64,000 nt of DNA from a virus (IMGVR_UViG_3300019889_000166:1533-65532), one strand, 5' to 3'. Counted from the first letter of the stretch, positions 34,835 through 44,352 are shown. Made by a program: numbers and translations. The notes: a model not told the origin generated them from the sequence alone.

Positions 34835-35533
34835 CTAGATCAGCAGTGGTTGGTGGGTAGGTGCGGCTCGGTTGTTCTTCTTGCTGTTGCAGGGGCCGCA
34901 GGCCGGGACGATGTTTGCGGCGGTGTGGTGCCCGCCCTTGGAGATGGGCACGACGTGATCCATGGTCAAGGTGCGCGGCTTGCAGTTGCAGTACGCGCAG
35001 CGATGCTTGAACAGCGCCTTCATTTCGGTCCACTGCGCGGCAGTGAAGTCGTTGACTTCGACTGCGCGGAGGCGAGCCCGCCGGCTGCCGTTCAATGCGC
35101 GGATCTTGTCTCGATTCGCGGCGCGGTACCGGCGCCTGTATTCGAGCACCCGATCAGCGTTCTCTGCGTACCAGCGGCGGGAGTTCTCCAGCGTCAGTTC
35201 GTAGTTCGCGGCGCGGTACGCAGCAGTGCGGGCGTTGGCTGCTTCCCGATTCTCTGCGCGGTAGACCGCCTGAGTGGCCTGCGCCCGTTCCTTGTTCTCC
35301 GCGTACCAGTGGCGTGTGTAGTGGCGCCCGCAGTAGCCCTTACCCTGGTGCTTCCGGTCGCACCCGTCGACCTTGCATCCGATGGTGCGGGGTGAGTTCT
35401 GCGGCGGCAGTCGCCGGGGCGGGAGGACTAGTGGGTCGCCACTGTTCTTCCAGCGTCGGTAGTGCTTGTCGCACCACCCGCGGGCGACACGCTTGCTATC
35501 GCATCCGTCGATCGAGCACGTACGATCAGTCAT
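34835..35533 (-). CDS. free-standing HNH endonuclease
   Basis: CAYC, DHVVPISKGG.H...NIVPACGPCNSKK; two C..DGC....A/GRG.C..HY repeats. Confidence 0.92.
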   Translation of the reverse strand: MTDRTCSIDGCDSKRVARGWCDKHYRRWKNSGDPLVLPPRRLPPQNSPRTIGCKVDGCDRKHQGKGYCGRHYTRHWYAENKERAQATQAVYRAENREAANARTAAYRAANYELTLENSRRWYAENADRVLEYRRRYRAANRDKIRALNGSRRARLRAVEVNDFTAAQWTEMKALFKHRCAYCNCKPRTLTMDHVVPISKGGHHTAANIVPACGPCNSKKNNRAAPTHQPLLI

Positions 35534-35544
35534 GCCGTTCACCT

Positions 35545-35617
35545 CTTACCAGGTGGTCGGTAAGGGCCTCAGTCGTTTGCGCGACTGGGGCCCACTGTCT
35601 TGTATCCCCTTATTCTA
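35545..35617 (-). promoter_or_regulatory. own promoter and two leader hairpins of the HNH gene
   Basis: TAGAAT overlapping upstream stop; GGGCCCCAGTCG/CGACTGAGGCCC; CTTACC/GGTAAG next to SD AAGAGGTG. Confidence 0.55.
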
Positions 35618-36655
35618 CAGGGCTTTGGGGACAGGACTGGGCACATAGGAGTCCCGCCACCCGTCATTGCTGCGCTTCACGGCCCACTTGGACATGGGGA
35701 ACTCGCCGCGCTGGTAGGCGGCGAGCTTCGCCGGGCCGAGGATGTCCCTCTGGACTGCGACAGACTGCGAGTCGAACCACTCCTGTGAGCCGGTTACGGC
35801 CGAGGCGGGCTCGTCGAGGTCGATGCCCAGGTCTTTCCACGTCTTCGCTACCGGCGCACGAGAGCATCTGCAGTTCTGATGCCCGAGTGGTCCGGGCTCC
35901 GACAGCGGGTGCTCGGTGCCGTTCATGCCGAGACAGGCGGAACAGGTGCGGGTCGAGGTGGCGCTGAGCCACATCCATCCGCGCAGCACGTCTGCGTTCT
36001 CGTCGTGAGACAGCCTCGCTGCTTCTCGATGCGCCGAGATGGTCTCGGTCCGCGCGATCGTCAGCGCCCGACCCAGGCCGCCATTGAACTCACCTTCAGT
36101 GCGGGCCAGGATCGCGGCCGCTGTCTTGCGCGGCCCCTCCCCCACCAGCAGTCCACGCACGAGCTCGCGACGGACAGCAGCATCAGCCTCAGCCGACAGC
36201 GGCCACATCTGCGACGTGATCCGCTCCGTCGACCGCTGCACGATCGCATCGACCTGCCGCCCGTCGACCCGATCCCAGCCGACAAGCTTGTCCCGTTCGG
36301 CCTTCGGGAGTTGCGAGCCGATAATCTCGGCCTGCGCCTCCCCCGCTGCCCGCACGATCTGCGGCAAGTCGGCAGCGACCCGCCGGCCTGCGTCGTCGGT
36401 GAGCCGGGTGAGGCGCCGCGCGACCAGATCGAGCGCCTGCTGCAGCCGCTGCGACCGGAGAACTGTGGCCTGCGACAACATGCCCGTCTGCCCGGTGGTG
36501 ATCAACTCGACGAGCGCCTTCTCCAGATCGCCAGCGATGTCATCCCACGCATCCACCCAGGCCTTGGTGAGTTCCCGGGTGTGCGTGTCGCCGATCCTGA
36601 GGAGGTCGCGCCGGACTCGCTGCGCGAGGCGCAGCGCCTTCGGGGTGACCGGCAT
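35615..36655 (-). CDS. minor head protein (MuF/SPP1 gp7-like)
   Basis: RALTIARTE, W.W....RTC.AC..M.G, HQNCRC. Confidence 0.9.
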   Translation of the reverse strand: MPVTPKALRLAQRVRRDLLRIGDTHTRELTKAWVDAWDDIAGDLEKALVELITTGQTGMLSQATVLRSQRLQQALDLVARRLTRLTDDAGRRVAADLPQIVRAAGEAQAEIIGSQLPKAERDKLVGWDRVDGRQVDAIVQRSTERITSQMWPLSAEADAAVRRELVRGLLVGEGPRKTAAAILARTEGEFNGGLGRALTIARTETISAHREAARLSHDENADVLRGWMWLSATSTRTCSACLGMNGTEHPLSEPGPLGHQNCRCSRAPVAKTWKDLGIDLDEPASAVTGSQEWFDSQSVAVQRDILGPAKLAAYQRGEFPMSKWAVKRSNDGWRDSYVPSPVPKAL

Positions 36656-38316
36656 CAGTCTTGCGGGTCATCGTCGGTCGCCGGGTCGTCTTCCTCGTCG
36701 TCGCCGGTACCGATGGCGGCCGCGGGGTCACGCCCGTCACGGTGGGCCTTCGCTGCGACTTGCCCAGCTGTGACCATCGGATCGAGGAAGTTGCCCTCGT
36801 CATCGGTCATCTCGTCCAGCACTTCGTCGATGTCCCGCACCCGGAGCGCTTGCAGCAGGAGCCTGAGCGTGACGAGCGGCGGGAGCTTCATCGTGCCGTC
36901 GGCCTCGACGATCGCCTTCACGAGCACGTCGATCGGGGTCGAGTCGAAGTCTGGCCAGTCGATGTCGACCGTTCGGTCGTCGTTGTCCGGCAGTAGAACC
37001 AGCACCCGGTTGCTGCCCGGGTCGCGGGTGATCCGGCCGGTCAGAGCACCCTGTGGTGCGCGGACGGCCCAGTCCACGACGTGGTTGACGATGTCCCGCA
37101 TGAACCCGGCCCACAGTTCGCGGCGCAGGTTCATCGCCAGCTCCATCGGCTGGTCCAGCGTGTCCGCGACCGCACGGGCGCCGGTCACGCCGGGATCGCC
37201 GAGCAGCATCGTCACCGGTACGTCCAGAGCGGCAGCAACCATCGCGGCGAGCGGCCTGCCAGAGTCTGCGTCGATCGTGGCGCCCGTCTTCGGAATCGCC
37301 TCGAGGATCGTGTTCGGGTCGGACACGGCGTGCGCGCCGACGCCGTTCGGGTTACCGCCGCGAGCCTCCGTGACCGGCGCGGCACCGACCTTCGCTGCGA
37401 CCTGCTTGGTGCGGTCGCCGCGGGTCTTCGTCTGCCACGCGAACCGACTGAGTGCCTTCATCAGCACGGACCAGTTCTCGAGGAACTCCTTGTAGCTCCT
37501 GGCCCACGCGATCGACGCGAACGAGTCCGGGATGCCCCGGTTCGACCCGGTGTTGCTGGGCCGGTTCACCGACACCATCCGGACGGGCGCGTTCCACATC
37601 ACTTCGGCGCCGTTGATGTAGCGGGGCTTCGAGCCACCCAGCGGCTCGTAGCCGAGCGCCGGGTAGTACACGGTCCGCTGCCGCTCGATCAACTGGCCGT
37701 CGATCAGGGCGCGCTCGCTGTAGTCGCGGCGGTAGTACCAGTCCTCGGCGGCATCGTCGGGGTTGGTGATGATGTCGTTGATTTGCTCGACCGGGATCCA
37801 CCGCAGCGACACCTTGCCGGTCAGCCCGTTCGTGAACAGTGCGGCAGCGGCCTCGCCGTCTGTGTAGAGCGCCTGCTCCATCTCCTCGTGCGCCTGGGAA
37901 CCGGCGAACGTCTTGATGTTGCCCGGGTCGTCCATGAACGCCTGCACGACGCTGTTGACGTCCTGGCCGTCGTCGGACTGGTCCCGGACCGTGATCGCGA
38001 CACCCTGGCCCCAGATGTAGGCCTTCCGCAGCGACAGGCCGCGCTTCGACAGCGGGTTGACCACGGCCATCACGCGGCACAGGTTGCGGATCTGCTCACG
38101 GCCAGCCGACGACAGGTCGAGTTGCGCCTGCATCGACAGCCGCATCCAGCCGCGGTCCTCGTAGGCGAGCTCGACGTCAGCGAGGGACTCGCGGAGGATC
38201 TCCAGCTCGTTCATCGACGCGCCGAGCTGCTCCTCGAGGTGCGTCACTCGGAGCATGCTTTTCTCGCGGTCCACCTCGAACAGGTCAGGCTGGGTCCACG
38301 GGTCAGTCTTGGCCAT
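36655..38316 (-). CDS. portal protein
   Basis: Follows TerL; NPL.KRG...R..YIWGQG, DGE, II.NPDD, VPVTMLL.DPG.TGARA.A.TLD.P. Confidence 0.88.
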   Translation of the reverse strand: MAKTDPWTQPDLFEVDREKSMLRVTHLEEQLGASMNELEILRESLADVELAYEDRGWMRLSMQAQLDLSSAGREQIRNLCRVMAVVNPLSKRGLSLRKAYIWGQGVAITVRDQSDDGQDVNSVVQAFMDDPGNIKTFAGSQAHEEMEQALYTDGEAAAALFTNGLTGKVSLRWIPVEQINDIITNPDDAAEDWYYRRDYSERALIDGQLIERQRTVYYPALGYEPLGGSKPRYINGAEVMWNAPVRMVSVNRPSNTGSNRGIPDSFASIAWARSYKEFLENWSVLMKALSRFAWQTKTRGDRTKQVAAKVGAAPVTEARGGNPNGVGAHAVSDPNTILEAIPKTGATIDADSGRPLAAMVAAALDVPVTMLLGDPGVTGARAVADTLDQPMELAMNLRRELWAGFMRDIVNHVVDWAVRAPQGALTGRITRDPGSNRVLVLLPDNDDRTVDIDWPDFDSTPIDVLVKAIVEADGTMKLPPLVTLRLLLQALRVRDIDEVLDEMTDDEGNFLDPMVTAGQVAAKAHRDGRDPAAAIGTGDDEEDDPATDDDPQD

Positions 38317-38336
38317 GGCGCTCCTCCTGTCCGGTG

Positions 38337-39794
38337 CTAGTACGGGCTGATGGCGTAGCCGGCGGCGTCGAGTTCGTCGAACTCCTCGCCTTGCACGACC
38401 TGGCCGACGTCAGGAACGTGGGCGGTGGCGAGCATCACGGCGTCCGCCCGGTCGGGGCTGGGCAGGCCGCGCTTGCGGATGTCATCCTTCGACTCGATCT
38501 GGATCTGGCCGCGCGACGTGAACTTGTAGCGCAACGCACCGAGCTGGGCGGCGAGTTCGTCGTCGTCCGGGTCGATGTCGATGTCGCCGTCCTCGAACCG
38601 TTGCCGCAGCCCCCAGAACCATTCGGCGCGCGCGTTCAGGAAGTGCTCCCGGTCGCCGGCGCCTGCCCCTGCCTGCATGTCGAGCACGGTGTAACCCTGC
38701 TCGGTGAGCTGGTCGACGACACCGCCACCGACACCGACACCGTCCACGCGGACCTCGTACCCGCCGAGCATCTCGCGGGTAGCTGCGATGACGTGGCCTG
38801 TGGTCTCCGTGGTGGAGAGCTTGGCGTGCGACCCGACACAGCGGATGACGGGGCCTTGGGCGCGCATGATGATCGTGCGGTCAGTCCCGAACCGGGCCAC
38901 GTCCACGCCGAGGGACTGCTGCACGGTCGGCGCGAGGGTCCGCTGCTGGGCCGCCTCGATCAGCGACGGGGCGATGAGCGTGTCCTCGCCGATGTCGGGG
39001 AAGTCGCCCAGCACCTTCGCGGTGTAGCGGGGTGACTCGTCGCCCCACCTGATGCGCTTGTCCTCGACCCACTCGGGCGACAGGAGCAGCGGCCGCAGTG
39101 AGTCGGGGACTACCTCGTCGGTGAAGTTCGGGGTGTCGAACGCTGAGATGCCGATGACGTTCCAGCCGGAGCCGGGCTTGCAGACCCGCCCGAACTCGGT
39201 GTTCGGGTCGTCCGGGTTGCCGATCGCGAGGATGCGGCAGTCAGCGTTCGTGGTGATCGTCTCGACCGCGGTCCACAGCTGGTCCGGTACGCCGCAGGCT
39301 TCGTCGATGATGACGAGGACGTAGCGGCGGTGGATGCCCTGGAAGCCGTGCTCGTCGGTGTCGGCAGGTTTGCGGCCGAAGCCGACCAGGGTGCCGTCGT
39401 CGAGCTTCCACTCGTCGGACTGGAGGACGCGACCCGGGAGCTTGCTGCCGCGCCTCTCGGCTGACTTGGCGGCCTTCCGGATCTCTTCCCAGAGGATCGC
39501 GTGGACCTGCTTGTACGTCGGGGCGGTGGATACGACGAACGCTTCACCGGGCGGGTGGACGTCGATCCACCAGTCAGCGAGCCGGGAAGCGATGAACGAC
39601 TTGCCGGAGTCGTGGCACGACTTGACCGCGGTACGGCGGTTCGCGACGACGGCGTTGCAGATGTCGCGCTGCTTGGACCAGGGGTGCTCGCCGAGGCGGT
39701 TCACGATCCAGCCGGCGGGGTCCTCGATGTACGGGTCGAGCTTGGGCGGCTCGAAAGCCCGGGCCGCATATTCAAACGGGGAGATGACAGCCAT
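38337..39794 (-). CDS. terL: terminase large subunit
   Basis: Walker A SCHDSGKS, TAPT..Q, QGIH, IIDEA, IGNP, GVDVARFG.D, VDG.GVGGGV.D, N.RAE.FW, SPDRADA. Confidence 0.95.
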   Translation of the reverse strand: MAVISPFEYAARAFEPPKLDPYIEDPAGWIVNRLGEHPWSKQRDICNAVVANRRTAVKSCHDSGKSFIASRLADWWIDVHPPGEAFVVSTAPTYKQVHAILWEEIRKAAKSAERRGSKLPGRVLQSDEWKLDDGTLVGFGRKPADTDEHGFQGIHRRYVLVIIDEACGVPDQLWTAVETITTNADCRILAIGNPDDPNTEFGRVCKPGSGWNVIGISAFDTPNFTDEVVPDSLRPLLLSPEWVEDKRIRWGDESPRYTAKVLGDFPDIGEDTLIAPSLIEAAQQRTLAPTVQQSLGVDVARFGTDRTIIMRAQGPVIRCVGSHAKLSTTETTGHVIAATREMLGGYEVRVDGVGVGGGVVDQLTEQGYTVLDMQAGAGAGDREHFLNARAEWFWGLRQRFEDGDIDIDPDDDELAAQLGALRYKFTSRGQIQIESKDDIRKRGLPSPDRADAVMLATAHVPDVGQVVQGEEFDELDAAGYAISPY

Positions 39795-39905
39795 GCGTTC
39801 ACCTCCGGGTGCGGCAGCTCTCCCATGTCTCGACGAGCGGGTAGAGCCGGGGTGGTTTTGGCTGTCGCTGCCACCATCTGCGGCGGCCGAGCATGTGCCG
39901 GGCGC

Positions 39906-40124
39906 TCACTCGACCTCTGCCTCAGGCGGGGGGCTGGTCCGGTAGATCGCGAGGCTGATCGTGGCGGCAGGATCGCGCTCCACCTGGGCGTAGTAGACCC
40001 GCAGCAACTGCTCGACCGCCTCGAACCATGCGGGGTAGAGGTTCTTGTTCTCGCGACACTCGGCGGTGATGTGCTGGGTCTCCAGCGGCGTCGCTGCCTT
40101 CACATCAGGGCGATGCTCGCTCAT
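39906..40124 (-). CDS. hypothetical protein
   Basis: AAGGTGG then ATG 40124; 72 aa. Confidence 0.6.
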   Translation of the reverse strand: MSEHRPDVKAATPLETQHITAECRENKNLYPAWFEAVEQLLRVYYAQVERDPAATISLAIYRTSPPPEAEVE

Positions 40125-40204
40125 GGCGGCCACCTTGGGCTCGGTGTGCTTGCTCCCGGCCCCTTCCGCGCTAGGCGTGTCGGGTCCGGGGCGTCGGGGG
40201 GAAT

Positions 40205-40365
40205 GCGAAGGCCCCGGCTCACAGGTGGGGAGCCGGGGCCTCGCGGGGGGCTCCACGGGGTCGAATCGTGGGGCCGCGCGCTCCTGGTGAGGTGCGCGAC
40301 ATTCGGGTGGCAGAGAGACCTCCGCCCTGAGGGAGATTAGTGCAGGTCGGGCCCGCATCTGTCAA
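40205..40365 (-). promoter_or_regulatory. putative late promoter with four-hairpin leader
   Basis: TTGACA (40360-65) N20 TAATCT (40334-39); hairpins 40309-26, 40277-98, 40249-75, 40205-44. Confidence 0.55.
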
Positions 40366-40406
40366 GCGACACGCGACATAACGTCACGAAGCACTGGACA
40401 GTTTGG

Positions 40407-40676
40407 TCACGCAACGTCAGCGCGGATGGTGCGGCCGAGCGCCCTGCCTGCCCTCTCGACCCACCTCTGCTCGGTCGTGATTGCCAGCGTGGCCGCACAG
40501 CAGATGCACACCCTCACCCGCCCGTACCCACTCCCCGTGGAGGGCAGTTTGCCGCTCTTGCGCCACGAGTCGACCGTGTTGAACGGCCGCCCGATGAGCG
40601 GCGCTACCTGCTGGGGGCGGAGCATCCGGTGGAGGTGCTCGTTCAGGTTCGTGGTGCAGTTGCAGGACTCGGTCAC
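40407..40676 (-). CDS. HTH DNA-binding protein (possible late regulator)
   Basis: LRPQQVAPLIGRPFNTVDSWRKSGKL; directly upstream of late promoter. Confidence 0.7.
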   Translation of the reverse strand: MTESCNCTTNLNEHLHRMLRPQQVAPLIGRPFNTVDSWRKSGKLPSTGSGYGRVRVCICCAATLAITTEQRWVERAGRALGRTIRADVA

Positions 40677-40746
40677 AGCGTGCCCCCGGTTGCTGGTGTC
40701 ATGATGGATGCGGTTCGACACCCTGCATGTCACCTGTTGCGAGCGC

Positions 40747-41193
40747 CTAGCTGGCAGGCTGGGCGCTCGCTGCGTTACAGGGGCCGCAGGGTTCGAACTC
40801 CCAGCGCCGGACGATCAGGCCAAAGGGGACCTCATCACTGAGGGTCGCAGTCATCTTGAAGCGGATGGTGTCGCCGTCGCTGTGCGAGCGGTGCACGACC
40901 TCGACGCCTCGCTGGTCGCCCGTCTCCTCGGCTCGGGCGCGCAGGGCCATGACCGCCTGCTCCTCGTCGTCTATCAGCTTCCTCGTTAGCCTGGCCAACG
41001 CACCCTGCATCGGCGCGAACGCATCATCTAAGGCCTTCTGATCCATCAACTCGGCTATGGGCACGATGGACTTCACGGGGCCAGGGACGCGGTCGATGTG
41101 CATGGGGTTGTAGGCCACGACCGGCATCTTGCTCGTAAGTGCGGAAGTGTCGATTGCCCCCCAAGTCGGGGGTGGCACATCGGTGTCACTCAT
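40747..41193 (-). CDS. hypothetical protein
   Basis: ORF coupled to upstream stop; visibly more A/T than neighbours. Confidence 0.65.
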   Translation of the reverse strand: MSDTDVPPPTWGAIDTSALTSKMPVVAYNPMHIDRVPGPVKSIVPIAELMDQKALDDAFAPMQGALARLTRKLIDDEEQAVMALRARAEETGDQRGVEVVHRSHSDGDTIRFKMTATLSDEVPFGLIVRRWEFEPCGPCNAASAQPAS

Positions 41194-41348
41194 GACCGCT
41201 CCCCCTCCTTGACCTCAGCCAGCCGCGCGCCCTCGCACGGCCAGTCCACCCTGCATGTCCGGCACAGCCTGCGCGGCTCGTCGGGTGCACCTGTGGCGAT
41301 CGGGTGGTGGATGGGATGGGGTGAGGCAGTGTGGAGCGTGGGGGTCAT
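41190..41348 (-). CDS. small Cys/His protein
   Basis: H.P....LCRTCRVDWPC motif; coupled. Confidence 0.65.
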   Translation of the reverse strand: MTPTLHTASPHPIHHPIATGAPDEPRRLCRTCRVDWPCEGARLAEVKEGERS

Positions 41349-41494
41349 CAGATCCCCGCCCCGTAGACGCGGCCAGGCTTGCAGTCGCCTGCGTGGTTCG
41401 GCTCGAACCGGCAGCCGCCACGCATCGTGGACCAGCGGTATGACCGCTCGCACCAGCGTCGGAATGGGCCCCTGATGCTCCACCAGGTCGGCAT
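41348..41494 (-). CDS. small hypothetical protein
   Basis: C...C....HAGDC; TGATG overlaps. Confidence 0.55.
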   Translation of the reverse strand: MPTWWSIRGPFRRWCERSYRWSTMRGGCRFEPNHAGDCKPGRVYGAGI

Positions 41495-41889
41495 CAGAGC
41501 CCCGCCTTGTCCCGGTACTCGGCCGCCGCATGCGCTCCGGCGACCTTGGCGGCGATCTGAGCGTTCCCCTCGACCCTCGCGACCCACAGGGCGTGAACCC
41601 GTTCGGCGAGTCCCTCATCCATCTCCTCGACCACCGGGGACACGAGATGCTGGAGGAACCTGTCGTCGAATTCCGACCTCAGTTCGAGGACCGTCGTCCC
41701 GCCTGGCCGCTTGTCGCCGATCGACCAGTAGTCGATCGTCCCGCGGGCGATGCGGACTTGCTGGTCGATCGGGATGTCGGCAGGGTCGATGCCGTTGCGG
41801 CGGAACCAGTCGAGCAGGGCGTCGAAGTCTGGCTGGGTGAGCGTCTCCCACAGTTGCTCGTTCACGCCGATGGTCACGGTGGTGGTCAC
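41494..41889 (-). CDS. hypothetical protein, paralogue of 25064..25408
   Basis: FDALLDWFRRNGIDPADIP...IDYW. Confidence 0.75.
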   Translation of the reverse strand: MTTTVTIGVNEQLWETLTQPDFDALLDWFRRNGIDPADIPIDQQVRIARGTIDYWSIGDKRPGGTTVLELRSEFDDRFLQHLVSPVVEEMDEGLAERVHALWVARVEGNAQIAAKVAGAHAAAEYRDKAGL

Positions 41890-42050
41890 GATGCATCCTC
41901 ATCCTTGGTGATCTCACGGAGCCCGTCAGCCACCACGTTCAGGCCGTCCGTGATCGGGTCGGTGGCCAGCTTCGTCATCTCGGCCACCACGTCAACGACC
42001 GCCTCGATCGGTGCCGTGACCGCCTTGATCAGGTTAAAGAATCCACTCAT
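41886..42050 (-). CDS. small hypothetical protein
   Basis: MSGFFNLIKAVTAPIE; coupled both sides. Confidence 0.65.
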   Translation of the reverse strand: MSGFFNLIKAVTAPIEAVVDVVAEMTKLATDPITDGLNVVADGLREITKDEDAS

Positions 42051-42913
42051 GCGCTTGCCTCCAGTTGTGTACCAGTGTCGCCGAACATCTGCCCAACGAT
42101 CAGCCCCAACGCGCGCAGCCCCTCGTCGGCCCTGATCTCGGTTCCGCACTTCACGCACTGCACCCCGTGCCCTTCGCGGTCCATGACGAGCGCCCCTCCG
42201 CACGGCGCCTTCACGGTCGCGGTGTCGGCCCCGTCGCCGATCCGCAGGTCCACAAGCGCCGCACACCGCCCGACAGGCCTCGCCCGGTAGTCGCCGATCG
42301 TGTCCGTCAACGTCCGGTTCAGCTGCCGGATCTCCTCGTACAGCTCGCCGGCGAACTCCTGCCCGGTCGCCCAGGGCAGGTTCGCTGCGAGGAGGTGGCA
42401 TTCCTCGGTGACGGACGGCGGGTGGGGCGTGTAGCCGTGGCAGGCGCACTTCTTCGCGGTGCAGCGGACGGCCCCGGTGGGTTGGTGGCCGAGCGCCATG
42501 TGCCCGCAGGTGCAGCGCCTCGGGAGGCGGCGCTGGTCGGACGAGTTCGGCCCAGGGGAGTGGACGACGCCGAGGACGCCGCGCCCGTCTCGGGTGTCGA
42601 GGAGGTCGGTGACTTCGAGGCGCATGGGCGCGGGCGGGTCGGGGCGCTTCGTGTGCTTCGTGCCGGGGTCGGCGGGGACGGTGCCGTGGGCGAGGACCGA
42701 GGGCAGCAGGGCGTAGGTGTCGGGCATGGCGCGGAGCCACTTGCCGAGCTGGGAGGCACACCTCGGGCAGAGCAACTGGCCGGGTTCGCACTGGACCATG
42801 CTCGCTGGCGAGCTTTGCCGGGTCTCGCAGCCGTTCAGGCACTCCTGCGGGGGTTGGGCCGTGTAGCCCTCCTGTGCCCGCAGATCGGCTTCTGTGACGT
42901 GTGCGGCGGTCAT
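42047..42913 (-). CDS. Cys-rich zinc-binding phage protein (putative late transcription regulator family)
   Basis: LCPRC..QL..WL, PP.P.RLEV.DL, GRC, CGG.L, C.KCG. Confidence 0.7.
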   Translation of the reverse strand: MTAAHVTEADLRAQEGYTAQPPQECLNGCETRQSSPASMVQCEPGQLLCPRCASQLGKWLRAMPDTYALLPSVLAHGTVPADPGTKHTKRPDPPAPMRLEVTDLLDTRDGRGVLGVVHSPGPNSSDQRRLPRRCTCGHMALGHQPTGAVRCTAKKCACHGYTPHPPSVTEECHLLAANLPWATGQEFAGELYEEIRQLNRTLTDTIGDYRARPVGRCAALVDLRIGDGADTATVKAPCGGALVMDREGHGVQCVKCGTEIRADEGLRALGLIVGQMFGDTGTQLEASA

Positions 42914-43227
42914 ACGGACTCCTTCGGCATCCAGTCGGCGCGGAACCACGGCGGCAGGCCGCGCTGACCGCTGGCCGCTAGGTTGCGGATCCTCGCCATG
43001 AGCGGCTCGTTCACAACGTCCTCACCCAGCCATTCGAGGACGTCAGCGAGGCCCCGGCGAACGTGGAGGCGACCATCCCGGCCAGCCTGCTTGATCGGGT
43101 CAGGCGGCATGGTGCCGACGATGATGGCCGCCCAAGCGCCTCCCGTCTGGGCTGGATCGCTGGTCAGGAACATCTGGTCATCGGGGAACCAGGGGTTCTC
43201 GATGACGGACATGCCGGGCATGCTCAT
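42910..43227 (-). CDS. hypothetical protein
   Basis: VRRGLADVLEWLGE motif; coupled. Confidence 0.7.
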   Translation of the reverse strand: MSMPGMSVIENPWFPDDQMFLTSDPAQTGGAWAAIIVGTMPPDPIKQAGRDGRLHVRRGLADVLEWLGEDVVNEPLMARIRNLAASGQRGLPPWFRADWMPKESV

Positions 43228-43469
43228 GTGGTCCTCCGGTTCAGGGGTTCGAGGTGCCTCTGGCAGACGAGGTTGTCGTCGCTGTCATAGCCCGCTTGCT
43301 GGCCGGGCAGGATGTCGCCGCCGCAGAGGTCGCACTTCGACCGGTACTGCGCCTCGAACGTCGCGCCAGTGCGGACCCTCTCCGCTGGTGGCGTCTTCAG
43401 GTCAGGACGGCAGCAGGCCCCAGCGCACTGGGCGACGAGCAGGCCAGTGTCCTCGCAGCGCTCGTTCAT
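43224..43469 (-). CDS. small zinc-binding protein
   Basis: RCE...L...CA.., FEAQY.SKC..C...I.PG. Confidence 0.7.
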   Translation of the reverse strand: MNERCEDTGLLVAQCAGACCRPDLKTPPAERVRTGATFEAQYRSKCDLCGGDILPGQQAGYDSDDNLVCQRHLEPLNRRTT

Positions 43470-43714
43470 GAGTCACTCCAGGTGGTGCCAGTCAATGTCC
43501 GGTGGTCATCCGCGTCATGCGGTGGCCGGTTGCAGTCCGCGACTGCGGAGCCGCTCCAGATCCCGATTGCCCCACACTCGACAGGCACGTCGTCCTCATG
43601 GCTGGCCTCGACGTGGTACGCCCGACACGCCTCGCAGTAGTTGTCCTGGGCGTCGAAGTCCACACCGGCGATCGCGGCAGCCGTGCGCGCTTGTCCCGCG
43701 TCCTCGATCATCAC
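43466..43714 (-). CDS. small Cys/His protein
   Basis: CEAC, CGA...C.RPPH....H; coupled. Confidence 0.65.
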   Translation of the reverse strand: MMIEDAGQARTAAAIAGVDFDAQDNYCEACRAYHVEASHEDDVPVECGAIGIWSGSAVADCNRPPHDADDHRTLTGTTWSDS

Positions 43715-44352
43715 GCCGTCGCCCCCTGCTCAAGCTCGACAGCCGCCCGCAACGGGGCCAGATGCCGCAGGATCACCGACGCCGCAGCCGACCCAGGCGA
43801 CACGTCATGCCCCAGCTCACCCAGTACCGCCACCAGGACACCCTGAACCAGCATCCCCTGCTGCTCCGCCAACCGGACCCGCCGCTCGTCCACGCCAGCC
43901 TTCAACGCCGCCGTGGAGTACTTCTCCAGCCGGTTCGACGCATCCACCAGCATCACGTACGCGACGTTCGGCTTCGCCTCCTCCGTCGTCCCCCTGTCAT
44001 CCCCGCCCTCCTTGACGCGCGTCACACCCCACGTCAGATCCTGCTCCTCCAGCACCCGGACCCGCTGCCGCCAGTAATCCACCTCGCCGGCCGTCCACTG
44101 CACCAACTCCAGCAGCGCGTCAGCCGGGTGGATGTCGATGCGGGCGCCGAACAGGGTCACGTCACGGCGAGCCTGAGTCGCGATGGCCGCGGTCTTGTGG
44201 TTCTGCATCGAGCCGCCGTGCAGCTTGCAGGAGCCGATCCCGACATGGTCCGTGCCCCAGCCAGATGGCTGCGTGCAGGTCCCCTCGCCCTGCCGCTTCC
44301 GGGCGCCGCAGAACCGCTCGTCACGGCTCTCCTCGGGGGCGTCTGTGGTCAT
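43711..44352 (-). CDS. HGG-motif protein, putative terminase small subunit
   Basis: CGARKRQG.G.C..P.GWGTDH.G.G.CKLHGG, P.DALLELV, AGVDERRVRLAEQQG. Confidence 0.75.
   Translation of the reverse strand: MTTDAPEESRDERFCGARKRQGEGTCTQPSGWGTDHVGIGSCKLHGGSMQNHKTAAIATQARRDVTLFGARIDIHPADALLELVQWTAGEVDYWRQRVRVLEEQDLTWGVTRVKEGGDDRGTTEEAKPNVAYVMLVDASNRLEKYSTAALKAGVDERRVRLAEQQGMLVQGVLVAVLGELGHDVSPGSAAASVILRHLAPLRAAVELEQGATA

Noticed and set aside
39799-39894. 31-aa ORF MLGRRRWWQRQPK before terL as terminase small subunit
   Set aside because: Too short, no motif; may be a real micro-gene but unsupported
40785-40808. GGGTTCGAACTCCC tRNA-like T loop
   Set aside because: Inside a minus-strand CDS (WEFEPC); no cloverleaf
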